Shown: in pieces, positions 21,586 to 33,426 of the stretch | Position numbering within the stretch: position 1 is the first letter of the stretch | How the letters are laid out: every line of letters starts with the position of its first letter | Source: a bacterium | GTDB taxonomy: Bacteria > UBA8248 | Assembly (NCBI GenBank): GCA_965207065.1 | Contig: OZ242260.1 | Coordinates: 1,482,551-1,546,550 of the forward strand | DNA: 64,000 nucleotides | Reading direction: 5' to 3' | Position numbers and translations under genes: made by a program | The notes under the pieces: model-generated | What the model was told of the DNA's origin: nothing | What the model saw: the letters and a program-made list of their open reading frames with translations, nothing else | Databases searched by the model: none

Positions 21586-21999
21586 CATGAGGTTTATAAA
21601 ACCCCCGGCGAAGTCGTTGCCGAGATCGACAGATTGCTCGAAGCCCACACTGACCCCGAGATCGCGACAATCCTCAATGAGCGAGATTACCGGAGCGGAT
21701 ACGGCCACGCATTCCACAAGGGGATAGTCTGGAAGATCAGCACCAACCATGCCCTGAGGTCGCGCTATGAGCGCCTGCGGTTACGCGGGCTGTTGCCCAT
21801 CGAAGAGATCGCTGAGCTGCTCATCGTCTCGACATGGACAATCAAGAAATGGCGCGCAAGCGCGAGTTTTTTGCACGGACACGCCTATAACGATAAACCC
21901 TGCTGCTTGTACGAGCTTCCGGAGTATCCGCCGATCATACGAGTGGGGGCAGTATCTCGCGACAGCTTCTGCGAACGTCGGTGGTGTAACCATGTGTAA
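21586..21999 (+). pseudogene. Serine-recombinase-like fragment (recombinase-domain block plus HTH)
   Basis: ...EIATILNERDYRSGYGHAFHKGIVWKISTNHALRSRYE resembles the IA.LN..G..T..G..W....V..IL.NpaY.G block of large serine recombinases; no catalytic domain present. Confidence 0.3.
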
Positions 22000-22181
22000 C
22001 ATTCGGTAATAAGGTGATGGAGGTTGGCCAAGCGAAGAGTTGCGGGATGTTTCTATTCTTGCGCTGCCGCTGATATTAGTGGTCTTACCCGGCTGAAACA
22101 CCTAGATCAGGAAAGCCGACTCACTCCTTGCTATTCTGAAAATCGAATGATGGGATGTCCGGTTTCGAAAGTTTCTCTGGC

Positions 22182-22300
22182 AATTCGGGCGCGACTTCGG
22201 AGATATTCCGGCTGATTTGCTCGATTTCTTCCTCGCGGCCGGCCTTCTCCATGTCGCGGATGATTGCCTGAGCGGTGAACATTGCCGAGCGCAACAGGTG
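22182..22300 (-). repeat. Copy B (truncated) of the RHH-element repeat
   Basis: 119 bp sharing the common end AATTCGGGCGCGACTTCGGAGATATTCCGGCTGATTTGCTCGAT...; diverges after ...GCAACAGGTG. Confidence 0.6.
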
Positions 22301-22989
22301 GGTGCGACAGGCTGCTAGGTTAAATTATTCAGATAATCGGAATAATGCCGTCGCCCGCTCGTAGCCATGGACGTCACGCTTACCGATATTGTCCTTATTC
22401 TCGCGCCACAACTTCACCCCTTTCAAGAGGGACATTGAGGCGCGTGCGCAGCACCTCTTGCGCCTGCAGTTCATTCTGTATTGTTCAGTTTCCCGCCGCT
22501 TCGTTACGGCAGTCGCATCATCAGCCGCTTCGTTCGCCAAGTGGAGATGCGGGTCGAAGCAGCGTTCTCTATGAGGCGTACTGGATCGCCCTAGAAGTCA
22601 CCCTAGTTGTAGGAATTAGTGAAACTCGTGGCCGTGATGCGTGCACGCTTAGACAATGACCGCAACGCTTCGATGTCCCTGGTGCCAAGCGGGCGATCAA
22701 TCCGTTTGTATTGGTATTCGCTCACGACTCGCCCTACCGGTATTAGGCCATTGCGCTATTCACCAAGATTCGGATTCTGCAAGAAAAATGATCCCCGTGT
22801 TTATGCTTGATGGCAACCGTGTGCGGCGCATACCCGGCGAAGACGGCAGGAATTCCTTTACCTTGCCTGCAAATTTACTTCCACCTTCTCCAATCGAGTT
22901 GGCCGGGACAAGTTTATTTGCCCCGGTTTTGTGGCCGAAACTCTTGTGGCCAGATTTACCCACCTGTTATTATCTCAATATAGATAATT

Positions 22990-23290
22990 GCCGAAACTGG
23001 TCCGTGCCCAACTAGAAGAAGGCGGTCTCCGCTTCGAGCCGACGCGAACTCTTTGCCCGGTGCTGGTAGCCGTAAAGATACAGCTTCAGCAGCAGCGCCG
23101 GGTCGAACGCTGGCTAACCGGCGCCGCAGTTCCCTTCGGCATGCTCGAATCCCAGCGCCCGCAGATCCAGCGTACCGACGAACGCATCAATTGCGCGCAC
23201 CGCATTTTGCCCGGACATGTAGTCGTCCAGAGACGGCGGAAGCAGCATCATCTGGCTTCGGGACTGCACCTCCTGATAACGCCTCTCGGA
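22990..23290 (-). pseudogene. IS5/IS1182-family transposase N-terminal fragment (DUF772 region), frameshifted
   Basis: MMLLPPSLDDYMSGQNAVRAIDAFVGTLDLRALGF and, in another frame, FDPALLLKLYLYGYQHRAKSSRRLE. Confidence 0.55.
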
Positions 23291-23621
23291 CATGGAGGTG
23301 ATCCTTGATTGGTTGTCTCGCTCGCCGATAATGATAGCACCTACAGACAACTCAGACATCACTCGCCATCGTCTCATACCTGACTCGTTGAATATTCTGT
23401 CATAGTGTCGTTCGATATTTGTGAGAATACTTTCACAGTCTCCAACGCGGCGTATTTACCGCGATGCCGGGCGCTGAGGGCCACCGGCTTCGAACGAAGC
23501 CGGATAGACGCCCTGAGACAGGAAATGAACCACAACTACGAGGGGGGAAACGAACTCGGTCGCAAGTCCTTGGTCGATGTACGTCTAAAGGAATTTTCCA
23601 GCATTATTCGGACTTGATCAA

Positions 23622-24014
23622 TTACTTTAATTTAGGTGTTCTCAAGCAACTCAGCGTGACTGTGTAGCTATGCTCTCCGAATAGATTGAGAAGACCCCTA
23701 CCTTGCTCGGCGGTCTCTTTCACTTGTTTGAGAATCTCCGCTATATTTTCTGCAATATTCGGCCATTCAAAATACGAATATGACATAACTCCCGAGGTGC
23801 CGCTTTTACCGCTCCCAGTAGAATTTTCGCCGACCACCTTCTCTACAGTACATGCGTACACGGCAACAGTATTGGTATGATCTATGATAGAGGTGGCACT
23901 TTGCAGCACCGATCCAGTTCCGACGGCAATTACTTGATTATCCGAACGCGTAATCGTCACTTTTGAACACGCCGCAAGCGAAAGCGCCAGCACAGCCAAC
24001 ATGATTCTATACAT
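23622..24014 (-). CDS. Small lipoprotein
   Basis: MYRIMLAVLALSLAACSKV lipobox; ~130 aa. Confidence 0.4.
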   Translation of the reverse strand: MYRIMLAVLALSLAACSKVTITRSDNQVIAVGTGSVLQSATSIIDHTNTVAVYACTVEKVVGENSTGSGKSGTSGVMSYSYFEWPNIAENIAEILKQVKETAEQGRGLLNLFGEHSYTVTLSCLRTPKLK

Positions 24015-24313
24015 TGTCAAAACTCCTTGATACGGTCGTGAGATTACCTTGAACACGATACTAGAACTAGCAGCTCTCAGCAACGGTGCGACCGAGTCGA
24101 GGTTCGGGTTGGCACAAAGTCCTTGGGGCCCACTCCTGGGGCTTTGTCCATCCACCAGACAGGGATCCCGGTCGTCAGCCTCAGAAAGCCGGAGAACGAC
24201 ACGGATTTGTTCTTCTTGATGTTTTCATACTTCACAATGAGATAACTGTAGATCTGGCGTCTCGTGAGATGGGACACTGCCTATTCAATGCCGTTCTAGG
24301 AACTTTGCTGTCC

Positions 24314-24727
24314 TTATTTACATTCAAGTTTCCATTGATAGAAGCAACCGCCGGGCCGGTGATCCGTGTCGTCGCGAAACACCTTCGTCCAGTTTCCTGT
24401 GCGCAATGACGTGCTCCAACCACTGCATGTGTTCCGATTCCTCTGACATTGGTCAGAGCCTTCGGTTTCTCGGAAGCAGATTCTGCACTCCTTTATTCTC
24501 TTCGTCAGTTCGTTTGTCGCGCTCTTCAAGCCGCTCTCATTGGCCGACAAGCGGGCTTCCGCTGTTCTCATATCGTCGGTAGTTGCACCATTCATAGCCT
24601 TAATCAGCCAGCCATCAGTCACCTTTTCCAAAACGAGAATTCCGATCGCGAGCAATATGGCGGTTACCACCCCGCCGATGACCTGAGTCTTGATTACATT
24701 GAACATCTTGCGTTGATCGTCGGACAT
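24314..24727 (-). CDS. Membrane-anchored hypothetical protein
   Basis: N-terminal TM helix VIGGVVTAILLAIGILVL; Cys-rich C-terminus. Confidence 0.35.
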   Translation of the reverse strand: MSDDQRKMFNVIKTQVIGGVVTAILLAIGILVLEKVTDGWLIKAMNGATTDDMRTAEARLSANESGLKSATNELTKRIKECRICFRETEGSDQCQRNRNTCSGWSTSLRTGNWTKVFRDDTDHRPGGCFYQWKLECK

Positions 24728-25094
24728 TGTTGGTTCTCCCTGTCTATAAAGAAAAGATTCGGAGGCCCGCTCGGGCGCATCAACAGCGGCGAGATACCGG
24801 CACACTTGAACGGCGGCCCGGGTCTCTCGTCAGTGGCGGGCTTGATTGTTAAAGCGTTCGCATTTATGCTCGTAGCCATTCGGATATACTGAGGCGTTTT
24901 GGCCAAGGTTGAAGGGTCACTAATGTGCACAACATACCACAACCGGTTGCTGAGAAACCAAACTCTTTATCTTTACAAAAATGGTAGATATAGGCGGCTT
25001 TACTTGGCTGAAACTTATGAATTGTTACAGTCTGCCTGCTTCCCCTTTTCTCTGAACCTGCCTGCTTTTTGAATCTTTCCCTGATTTCCCCGGA

Positions 25095-25196
25095 AATTCC
25101 TGCGCGATTCGGGAGATAGTGCGGCTGATTTGCTCGATTTCCTCCTCGCGTCTGTCTTGTTCCATGTCGCGGTCTTGGGCTGCGAACATGGCCGAC
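25095..25196 (-). repeat. Copy C (truncated) of the RHH-element repeat
   Basis: ~100 bp homologous to the common end of copies A/B/D/E. Confidence 0.55.
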
Positions 25197-25439
25197 GAGG
25201 TGAACGATCCCTCCCGGCAATATCACACCATGACAAGGTGACGTCGTATATGGACGCGACCGAGCCCGGATGCGCGAAAGTTGCAATGAATCCGCTTATT
25301 GGTTGATTACATGTTGCGCAAGAGGGATCCTAGAGAAGATGGGAAAAATCATCCAATACAAGTAGTTTCAGCAGAATATGAGGATTTCACAACTGGTGGA
25401 AATTGTCGAATGTCTAGATTGATAAATTGAGCGAAATCT

Positions 25440-26120
25440 GGTGGAAATCCGCAAAAAATGTCTGTACGCGCTCACCGTCACGGTGTCCTCCTTCAAACCC
25501 GCCATCAGGTGCAGCAGGACCTTGGCACTGTTCGCCGTGAATCCCCAGGCCGCTAATACTGGTTCTCACCTACTTCCTGGGCGGATACGTACCACAATCC
25601 CGTCGGTGAACAGATAGACGTCCTCGTACGTGCCCAGATCCTGCAACGCGAACTTCTGATAGTCTTCCCAGAGTCGCTCCCCGAATTCCGAAACCGCCGT
25701 GCGCGAAAGTAGCAGACGATCGCTCTCGTCGGTGAAAACTTCTTCAACCTCGCGGACCGACAGACCGTGTGCCAGAAGCTCCACCGCCAACCCTTCGAGC
25801 GTCTCGGTGCGACCCTTGAGATTATCCCGGATATCCGAGTGAAACCCTTCCCCGTGCCCGGCAATCTGCGGGGACGCGTACTCGATAAACCCTTCCGCCG
25901 CTTTCAGACGACCAAGTCGGTGGCCCTAGCCGGGTTCCGGTCCGTGCTCGTAATATTCCCGGCCGAGAGCGTCGCGGCTTTCCGCCTCCAGCGCTTCTTC
26001 CACGATGAGGCGCGTGGCCGGCTTCACCAGGTTGGCTTGCGCATCGGGAGTCGACAGGCGAACTTCAATCAGGGCGGACAGGGCTTGGCAAGTGTGAATC
26101 GATACCTGTCATCACTTCTT
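25440..26120 (-). pseudogene. IS256-family transposase N-terminal half, with stop and frameshift
   Basis: ...LIEVRLSTPDAQANLVKPATRLIVEEALEAESRDALGREYYEH...GLSVREVEEVFTDESDRLLLSRTAVSEFGERLWEDYQKFALQDLGTYEDVYLFTDGIVVRIRPG; continues frameshifted as ...LAAWGFTANSAKVLLHLMAGLKEDTVTVSAY. Confidence 0.6.
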
Positions 26121-26423
26121 CATGGGTGCCTCCTCTGTTGGATGCTGGCACTCACCTGCACGGTTTTATGATGCCTCTGTCGAGGATACATCACTTTCGG
26201 AAATTTCCAGCAAGTTTAAGACTTAACAGTCTGTCGAACTTGGCTTGCTGAGAAGGTCGAAGCGCCGTCGTAGGAGCAATTCTCGGGGTTCCCTGTCATA
26301 GATTCGCGTTGGACAGCGATTCGGTGTCAGGAGTCATGCTCGACCTTCACTGGCCCGGTGGTGGTCGTATTGGCCGTAGGTAGGCCACGGGACGAGGCGT
26401 TTTATTGCCGGAGCACGCCAACG

Positions 26424-26990
26424 TCAGGTTGTGTAGGCGAATGCAGTGTAGGCTGGCATCACCAAAGACCCCCACTCACCCTGCACCTTGTCGAGACCGC
26501 GCAAGTGGAAGTGCCTGAAGAGCATCGCCTGCTTGACGATGCCGAACACCGGCTCCACCGTCTGTCGGCGCAGGAGATATCGGGCACGCTCTTCGGGCTG
26601 CGCCATCTTCGTGCGCATCGCAGCAATCCAGTCTGCCCGAACCGCCGGACATGGCCGGAAGTCGTGCCGACGGCGTTGTCCTTCGGATTCCGTGCCCACC
26701 AGAATCCGGCGCCGCGTCCCTTGAGTCGTTCCACATCCTTGACAGTCGCATAGCCGCTGGCCGCCAGCACCCGGGTCGGTGCGCCAATCCTTGGCGGAAT
26801 CGCGTCCACACCCGACACCAATTCCCGGTGGTCGCTCGCATTGTTGCTCACCAGCGCACCCAACACCAACCGGCTGCCCTCGGCATCTACCGCCGCCTAC
26901 GCGTTGTAGGCCTGACGGTACTCGTGCCTTTTGCTCTTGCGCATCAAGGCGTTGTCCCCATCCGTCAGGTTGATCTGCCGCCTTCTTCGG
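26424..26990 (-). pseudogene. IS5/IS1182-family transposase C-terminal part, frameshifted
   Basis: ...NLTDGDNALMRKSKRHEYRQAYNA..., ...VLAASGYATVKDVERL..., ...LLRRQTVEPVFGIVKQAMLFRHFHLRGLDKVQGEW... Confidence 0.6.
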
Positions 26991-27419
26991 GCCCCTCCCG
27001 CGCTTGCATCACATGGTTTCCGTGCCAAGTAAGCTTGCACCATCATCGTGCGCGACGTGAAATTAATAGAGATTTCCCACGCGCTTCTCGTCAAATTAAA
27101 TTCTAAGGAATGGTTCAGAGGAATGCGCAAGACCAAGAGATGTTGCGGCTATTGCCTGCAAATCTCTGCTTCATCATTTTGTATCAACGCAGTTCGGGCC
27201 GATGCACAGGTCTCGGTAATCACATCGTGCCCCGAACAAAGTGTCAGTTTGAACATGTAAAGCAACGATATCTCGCGGATACGGTCTGTCGAATGTCTAT
27301 GTGGCGTGAATTTTCGACTTTCATAACCATTTCTCAGATGATCCATGATCGCGCAGTTTATGGATTGACGCCGCTCGAGTCTGTCCAACCCCGCATAATC
27401 TTCTGCCGATTTACGCTGC

Positions 27420-27962
27420 AATTCCGGCGCGGCTTCGGAGACATTTCTGTTGATTCGCTTGATTTTCTCTTTGCTTCGGGTACTTTCCATGTGCGGATGA
27501 TGACCTGTGCGGAGAACATCACAGAACACAACAGGTGAATTCCCGCCTCAGTTTGCGACCACTTGCGACGCTCGATAGCCTCCATTGCGAGTTCGACCAC
27601 GAGTCTGTTCGGCGATTTTTCTCGCCTTTCGGCTTCTTTTTCGAGGCGCCTCCACTGCTCGGGCTTCACCCTGACGTTCTTTTGTATTGTCTGAAGCCTC
27701 GGTTTTGCAGCTTCTTTATTGAAGGTTTTCACTCTAATTGATCGCAAAACGGGTCGGAAAATCCCGTTTCCTTGCATCGGGCTCGCTACATTTTGGGCGC
27801 ATGCATCCTCAAAAAGCCCCGGTCGATGAGATACCAAACGGATAGCCATCATAGCGCAGCGCACGCCCATCCGTATTCTCATAGCATACGTGCAGGAAAC
27901 ACCCTGATACCAGATGTATGCCATCAGCATAGTGCGCCGTGGAAAGGCGCCATTCCCTAGCG
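27420..27962 (-). repeat. Copy D of the RHH-element repeat (most complete ORF, 27358..27777), interrupted at its right end by a group II intron
   Basis: Encodes MQGNGIFRPVLRSIRVKTFNKEAAKPRLQTIQKNVRVKPEQWRRLEKEAERREKSPNRLVVELAMEAIERRKWSQTEAGIHLL...; hairpin AAACGGGtcggaaaatCCCGTTT; ~80% identity to copy E over ~540 bp. Confidence 0.6.
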
Positions 27963-28850
27963 GGTGCGAATCCCGCCCGGCAACTGTCGCTCCAGCCGGT
28001 AGCAATCGGGGCGGGTGATGGAGGCAACGACATGGCCTGAAGCACTCCGATGGAAAAGGGCCGCCACGGGCGGCTCAGCGACCATGCGGGCCGCAACGCG
28101 AGTGAACGCCGAGCAGGCCTCGAAAATGCATGATGCGAGTGCCGACCCGCCTATGCAACGGGGAAGGCTGTCACCGGCCGGGAAGCGAGCGACATGAGCA
28201 CCGGCCGGGTCTCGCCGGGGTAGTGGCGGCGGCACGCATGGAAGATGGGAATGGCAGCAACACGGGAAGCCCTGCCGGTGGAGCGCACACTCCAACCGGA
28301 ACCCCGCGAGGGGCAGGCCGGGCCGGCAGGGTGGCGGATGGGCTCGTAGTACCTGAGAGGCCGGGTAACGCCGGCGGAGGAAAGGAGCCCTGGTTCGGGA
28401 GCGATGCGGAAAGGGAGGAAGGGCATGACCACTGGCGAGAGCCTATCAGGGTCGGAAAAGGCTCGGAAACTCCAGACCGTGTTACATGCGAAAGCCAAGG
28501 AAGAACCCGGACGGCGCTTCCACGCGCTGATAGACAAGGTGTGGCGCGAAGACTTTCTGGCCGAAGCCTGGAGGCGGGTCCGCCGCAATCGCGGGGCCGC
28601 CGGGGTGGACGGAGAGACGTTCGCGGACATCGAGGCGTACGGCGTGGGACGCTGGCTCGGGGAACTGGCGCGGGAACTGAAGGATGGGGTATACGCACCG
28701 AAGCCTGTGCGACAAGTGCTCATCCCGAAGAAACAGCCCGGCAAGTTCCGGCCTCTGGGCATCCCCTGCATAAGGGACCGGGTGGCGCAGACGTCGGCCC
28801 TGCTCGTGCTTGAGCCGATATTCGAAGCGGACCTGCAACCGGAGCAGTAG
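27963..28850 (+). mobile_element. Group II intron (5' end GTGCG, domains I-III, truncated intron-encoded RT 28404..28850)
   Basis: Starts GGGTGCGAATCCCGCC...; IEP ...AAGVDGETFADIEAYGVGRWLGELARELKDGVYAPKPVRQVLIPKKQPGKFRPLGIPCIRDRVAQTSALLVLEPIFEADLQPEQ; cut off by the IS110 end at 28851. Confidence 0.7.
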
Positions 28851-29931
28851 AGTTACTGTCAAATGTTGTGTATGGCCGTATGTGGACGGCCCCGTAAATG
28901 CAAACATGTTGTTTGAACGATTCAGGGTCTGTGGTCAGGTGCAGTCGTATGTCCGACCTCTTGGTGCGGCATATCTCTCACCGCGGGCCCGTATGGAGAT
29001 GCGCGGATCGGGTCCGAATCGTCCTGGCGAGCTCAAGGGCTCTCGGCCATACCCCGGTTTACCCGACCCTGTCTCATTGACCATTTACCCTTACCCGTCC
29101 TCCGACCTGCTCACATTCCTGGATAATCCGTTTGTCTGCCGCTCAGGCGACCGGCGCCGGTTCCTGGTAGACTTCTTTCTTCGTCATCAGCGCCCATGCG
29201 ATGCGCGCCATTCGATTCGCCAGCGCCACCGCGACCAGCATTCGTGGCTTGCGCGCCAGCATCCGGGCCAGCCATGAGCCCGCCGGCGCGCCGCGCCGGA
29301 CCGCGCTGCGCACCACCGTCATAGCACCTATGTTCAAGAGCCGCCTGATGTCGCGCTGTCCCATCTTCGACACTTTGCCCAGTCGGGACTTGCCTCCGGT
29401 CGAGTGCTGTCTGGGCACGAGGCCGAGCCAGGCGGAGAAGTCCCGTCCGCGTTTGAAGCTCTCCAAAGGCGGCGCGAAGGCCAGTATCGCCGACGCGGTG
29501 ATCGGACCGATTCCCGGGATGCTCATCAGACGCCTCGCCTCCGCATCCGCGTAAGCGCCCGCGTGGAGTTGCCTCTCCAACTCCCTGATCTTCTCGTTGA
29601 GTTCGGCAATTTGATCGAGAAGAACCCCGCCCAACTCGCGGACCACCGTCGGCAGCTCCGTAACCGGGTCTCCAAGAGCCGCCGCCAGGCGAGAGGTATT
29701 CACTAGTCCCTGCGGAGCGATGACCCCGAACTCCGCGAAGTGACCGCGCAACGCATTGACAGTCTGCGTGCGCTGGCGAACCAGGAGATCGCGCGTGCGG
29801 AACATCATCCCCTGGGCCTGCTGCGTTTCGCTCTTCACCGCCACGAAGCGCATGGTCGGGCGCGAGGCGGCCTCGCAGATCGCCTCCGCGTCCGCCGCGT
29901 CGTTCTTCTGACGCTTGACCAAAAGGGTCAC
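28851..29931 (-). mobile_element. IS110-family element, 3' noncoding end plus transposase C-terminal ~260 aa (ORF 29143..29931)
   Basis: ...VKRQKNDAADAEAICEAASRP...SIPGIGPITASAILAFAPPLESFKRGRDFSAWLGLVPRQHSTGGKSRLGKVSKMGQRDIRRLL...; the noncoding tail is homologous to 41610-41900. Confidence 0.7.
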
Positions 29932-29954
29932 ACACTGCCCGTTATCATGATGGG

Positions 29955-30395
29955 GTGAGGGTTTATTACCGCTACCATCCGCTGGCGGGCTGCCGCGTAA
30001 CTTGCCTTGGGCGTCGAAAGGCGTATGGGCAGAGGATGTTGATCATCCGGCATCCGGACGGAACACAGATGCATGTCCCGGAGTGGATGACCAGGCCGGA
30101 TGCGGCCCTGCTCGAGGTTCGCGACGTCCCGAGAATCTCCCTGCGGGCGCTTCGTGAATTGCGGAATCTCATCGATGCGTCTCTTCTTGTACCGGACCAG
30201 GCCCGGAGGGGAGGAGACGATGAACACCAGACGCCGAAATTCGAAACAGGGGGAACTGTTTCCCCCGGAACAACCGCCGCACCTGATAACGGACGAAAGA
30301 CGCGAGGCGCTGATACCGCTCCTGTCGATGACCATCGCAGTGGCCATGGAAGCTCCGGGACCGGAGAGCCCGACGAGTCGGGGGGCCGGCCATGA
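29955..30395 (+). CDS. Hypothetical small protein upstream of the serine recombinase
   Basis: ORF ending in ATGA overlap with the recombinase start; N-terminal ~80 aa look protein-like, the remainder is low complexity. Confidence 0.3.
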   Translation: MRVYYRYHPLAGCRVTCLGRRKAYGQRMLIIRHPDGTQMHVPEWMTRPDAALLEVRDVPRISLRALRELRNLIDASLLVPDQARRGGDDEHQTPKFETGGTVSPGTTAAPDNGRKTRGADTAPVDDHRSGHGSSGTGEPDESGGRP

Positions 30396-32467
30396 GGGGT
30401 GAGCAAACAAGGATCACCGCCGGCCATCTGGCGCGCGCGGCCTGTGTCTACGTTCGACAGTCCTCACTCGGCCAGGTTCGCAACAACCTGGAAAGCCAGC
30501 GCCTTCAGTACGGATTGCAGGCCCGCGCGAAGGAGCTGGGCTGGCGGGAAGTGATGACGATCGACGAGGACCTCGGCCGTTCGGGAGGTGGCGGCGTCGA
30601 GAGGCCCGGCTTCCAGAAACTCCTGAGCGCGGTCTGCGAGAACAGGGTCGGCATCGTGTTGTCCGTCGACGCCTCCCGCCTGTCCCGAAACGGCCGTGAG
30701 TGGCATACTCTTCTCGAGTTCTGCGCCGTGGTCGGCTGCCTCCTGGGAGACGGGCGCGGCATCTACGACCCCGGTCTGCCCGATGATCGCATGCTGCTCG
30801 GCATGAAGGGGAGCTTCAACGAAATGGAAAGCTCGCTCCTGCGCCAGCGCTCCCACGACGCCCGTCGCCAGAAGGCGGAGCGGGGCGAGTTGTTCCTGAA
30901 CCTGCCGGCCGGATACGTGAAGGTCGGGCGCGACGCCATCGCGCTCGACCCCGACCAGCGGGTGCGCGACGCGGTACGGCACGTATTCCGCAAGTTCACC
31001 GAGCTGCGGAGCATTCGCCAGGTGTTCCTGTGGTTCCGGCAGGAAGGAGTCGAGCTTCCGTATCGCTCTCTCGACACCGGCGTTCATGGATGGCGGGTCG
31101 CCTGGAAGCTGCCGGTGTACAATACCGTCCACCAGATCCTGACCAACCCGATCTACGCGGGCGCCTACGCCTACGGTCGCAGGAGGCGGCGGAGGGTGAT
31201 CGAGGAGGGGCGCCAACGCATCGTGAACGAGGTCAGGCGCAACCCGGAGGAGTGGGCGATATTGATTCGCGACAACCACGAGGGCTATATCTCCTGGGAG
31301 GAATATGAACGCAATCGCGGCCTGATCGCGGCCAATGAGCCGAAAATCAAGGGAGCGGTGCGCGAGGGCGGCGCGTTGCTGACCGGCTTGTTGCGATGCG
31401 GTCATTGCACCCACAAACTCCAGGTCGTCTATTCGGGGAACAGCGGGGTGGGCCGCTACCTCTGCCAGGGCAGGCGGTCGCACACGGATGGTACAACCTG
31501 CATCTCCTTTGGTGCGGGCGACGTCGACGAGGCCGTCGCCGCCGCCGTGTTGCGAGCGGTAGAGCCGCTGGGAGTGGAAGCCGCGCTCGGTGCGCTCAAA
31601 GAGCGCGGAAAGGAAGCAGCCGAACGCGCCCGTCTGGCGGAGCTGGCGCTCGAGGAAGCCCGGTTCCAGGCGGAGCAGGCGCGGGCGCGGTTCGAGGCGG
31701 TCGATCCCCGCAACCGCAACGTCATCGGCAATCTCTCGCGGGCATGGGAGGAGCGCCTCGAGGTCGTGCGGGAGCGGGAGGCCCGGTTGGAGGCGGCGCG
31801 CTCACAACTCCAGCTTCAGGAGCCGACACCCTGCGAGCGAGCCGCGTATCTCGCCCTCGGCGCCGATCTGGAGCAGGCCTGGAACCATGAGAACGTGACG
31901 ACCGCGATGCGCAAGCACATTCTGCGCGCGGTGCTCGTTGAGATCATCGTGACCGTCTCGGCCGAGCGGATCGATCTCGTCCTGCATTGGGAGGGCGGCG
32001 ATCATACGGGACTCTCCGTACGCAGGAGAAAGAGCGGACTAACGCGTATCGCGGCGGACGCCGACACCGGGACCATGATCCGGGAACTTGCCCGCCTCAT
32101 GCCGGACCGGGCCATCACCGCGTTCCTGAACCGGGCCGGGAAGCGGACCGGCAAGGGCAATGCCTGGACCGAGGCGCGCGTACGCGCCTGGCGTTCCCAT
32201 CACGGCATAGCGGTCTATCGTGATGGGGAGCGACAAGAGCGCAACGAACTGACACAGACCGAAGCCGCGGCGAGGCTGAAAGTCAGCGCCAGAACAATGA
32301 ACCGTCTGATCAAGCGCGGCGTTGTTCCGGCCCGCCAGGCCTGCAAGGGCGCGCCCTGGGTGATATCCGCAGATGCTCTCGAACTGCCGGATGTTGCCCG
32401 GGCGCTGAAAAAGGGAGTATACCCGCCGGCACCGGATGATGAACAGAAAACCTTTTGTTTTCAATAA
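30392..32467 (+). CDS. Large serine recombinase (intact, 691 aa)
   Basis: Resolvase domain (VYVRQSS...), recombinase domain, zinc ribbon CGHCTHKL...YLCQG, long Ala/Arg/Glu coiled-coil, C-terminal HTH. Confidence 0.75.
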   Translation: MRGEQTRITAGHLARAACVYVRQSSLGQVRNNLESQRLQYGLQARAKELGWREVMTIDEDLGRSGGGGVERPGFQKLLSAVCENRVGIVLSVDASRLSRNGREWHTLLEFCAVVGCLLGDGRGIYDPGLPDDRMLLGMKGSFNEMESSLLRQRSHDARRQKAERGELFLNLPAGYVKVGRDAIALDPDQRVRDAVRHVFRKFTELRSIRQVFLWFRQEGVELPYRSLDTGVHGWRVAWKLPVYNTVHQILTNPIYAGAYAYGRRRRRRVIEEGRQRIVNEVRRNPEEWAILIRDNHEGYISWEEYERNRGLIAANEPKIKGAVREGGALLTGLLRCGHCTHKLQVVYSGNSGVGRYLCQGRRSHTDGTTCISFGAGDVDEAVAAAVLRAVEPLGVEAALGALKERGKEAAERARLAELALEEARFQAEQARARFEAVDPRNRNVIGNLSRAWEERLEVVREREARLEAARSQLQLQEPTPCERAAYLALGADLEQAWNHENVTTAMRKHILRAVLVEIIVTVSAERIDLVLHWEGGDHTGLSVRRRKSGLTRIAADADTGTMIRELARLMPDRAITAFLNRAGKRTGKGNAWTEARVRAWRSHHGIAVYRDGERQERNELTQTEAAARLKVSARTMNRLIKRGVVPARQACKGAPWVISADALELPDVARALKKGVYPPAPDDEQKTFCFQ

Positions 32468-32481
32468 CGTAGAGGGGTGAC

Positions 32482-32751
32482 TTAGTATGACTGGCGTTTC
32501 ACGTAAGGCTTCACGTAGACCGGTGGCATGAGCTTCACCTCGTGACCGAGCCTGCCGATCTCGCGGCCCCAGTAGTGCGCGCTCGCGCACGCCTCCATCG
32601 CAATCAGGCAGCGCGGCTGCGAAGCCAGAAAACCCGGTACATTCCCCCGGGTCAACTTCTTGCGAAACGCGACCGAACCGTCTATGCGCGCGCCATGGAG
32701 TTGAAAACCATGTTTCACCAAGTCGATACCGATGATGTGAACCTGTTCCAT
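32482..32751 (-). mobile_element. IS110-family transposase N-terminal ~90 aa (separated from its C-terminal part by the 29932..32481 cassette)
   Basis: MEQVHIIGIDLVKHGFQLHGARIDGSVAFRKKLTRGNVPGFLASQPRCLIAMEACASAHYWGREIGRLGHEVKLMPPVYVKPYVKRQ; ends at the same VKRQ motif with which ORF 29143..29931 begins. Confidence 0.65.
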
Positions 32752-32870
32752 GGGGTCCTCCTTCCGGGCGGTATGAAGACGCCACCTCGCCACAGTGTGA
32801 TACCTGCCAGGAGGGGTCGTCCACCCCATCGTCCTGAGTTCAGCGGCCTCCCTGCCGGTTTCTTTTTCGT

Positions 32871-33420
32871 TCACCCCATCGATGAACCTCACGTCGGTGA
32901 TCACGTCGGCCAGATGACGCAAGCCGCTTAGCCGCCCCCATCGCTTCTCGGCGCTCATGGCGAGTTGATGCACCAGGCTCAGCGCCGTCTTCTCGCTCAG
33001 GCAGTTCCTCGTCTTCGCCGTTCGCAGCCGGATCGTGGCGAAGGTCGACTCGATGGGGTTCGTCGTCCGGATACTCCGCCAGTGCGCCGCCGGGAAGTCG
33101 TAGAAGGCGAACAACTCCTCGCGGTCCCGCGCCAGACACTCGGCGGCCTTGGGGTACTTCGCCTCCCAGGTGGCGAGAAAGCGTTCAAACGCCTTCTCCG
33201 CGCGCTCGCGGGCGTCGGCCCCCCACATCTCATACAGCATCGGCCTCGCTTCGCTCTGAACGCTTTTGGGCAGCTTGTCCAGAACGTTCGCCGTCTTGTG
33301 AACCCAGCAGCGCTGCGCCCGGGTCTCGGGATACACCTCGGCCAGCGCCGACCAGAACCCCAGCCCCCCGTCGCCCACCGCCAGCTTCGCCGCCTTCACC
33401 CCCCGCTCCCGCAGGCTCAA
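32871..33420 (-). mobile_element. IS256-family transposase C-terminal half
   Basis: ...ESKESWKAVLLSLRERGVKAAKLAVGDGGLGFWSALAEVYPETRAQRCWVHKTANVLDKLPK...FYDFPAAHWRSIRTTNPIESTFATIRLRT...; read through in frame into the IS110 5' region. Confidence 0.7.
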
Positions 33421-33426
33421 CAGAAC

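Noticed and set aside
22293-22320. GGTGCGACAGG immediately after repeat copy B, resembling a group II intron 5' end (GUGCG)
   Set aside because: The downstream 500 bp are AT-rich and unstructured with no domain I-like sequence or RT ORF, so the match is probably coincidental.
29955-30402. Alternative small ORF 30100..30402 (MNTRRRNSKQGELF...) as the real gene upstream of the serine recombinase
   Set aside because: It overlaps 29955..30395 in another frame and neither has recognisable motifs. Only one low-confidence call was kept.
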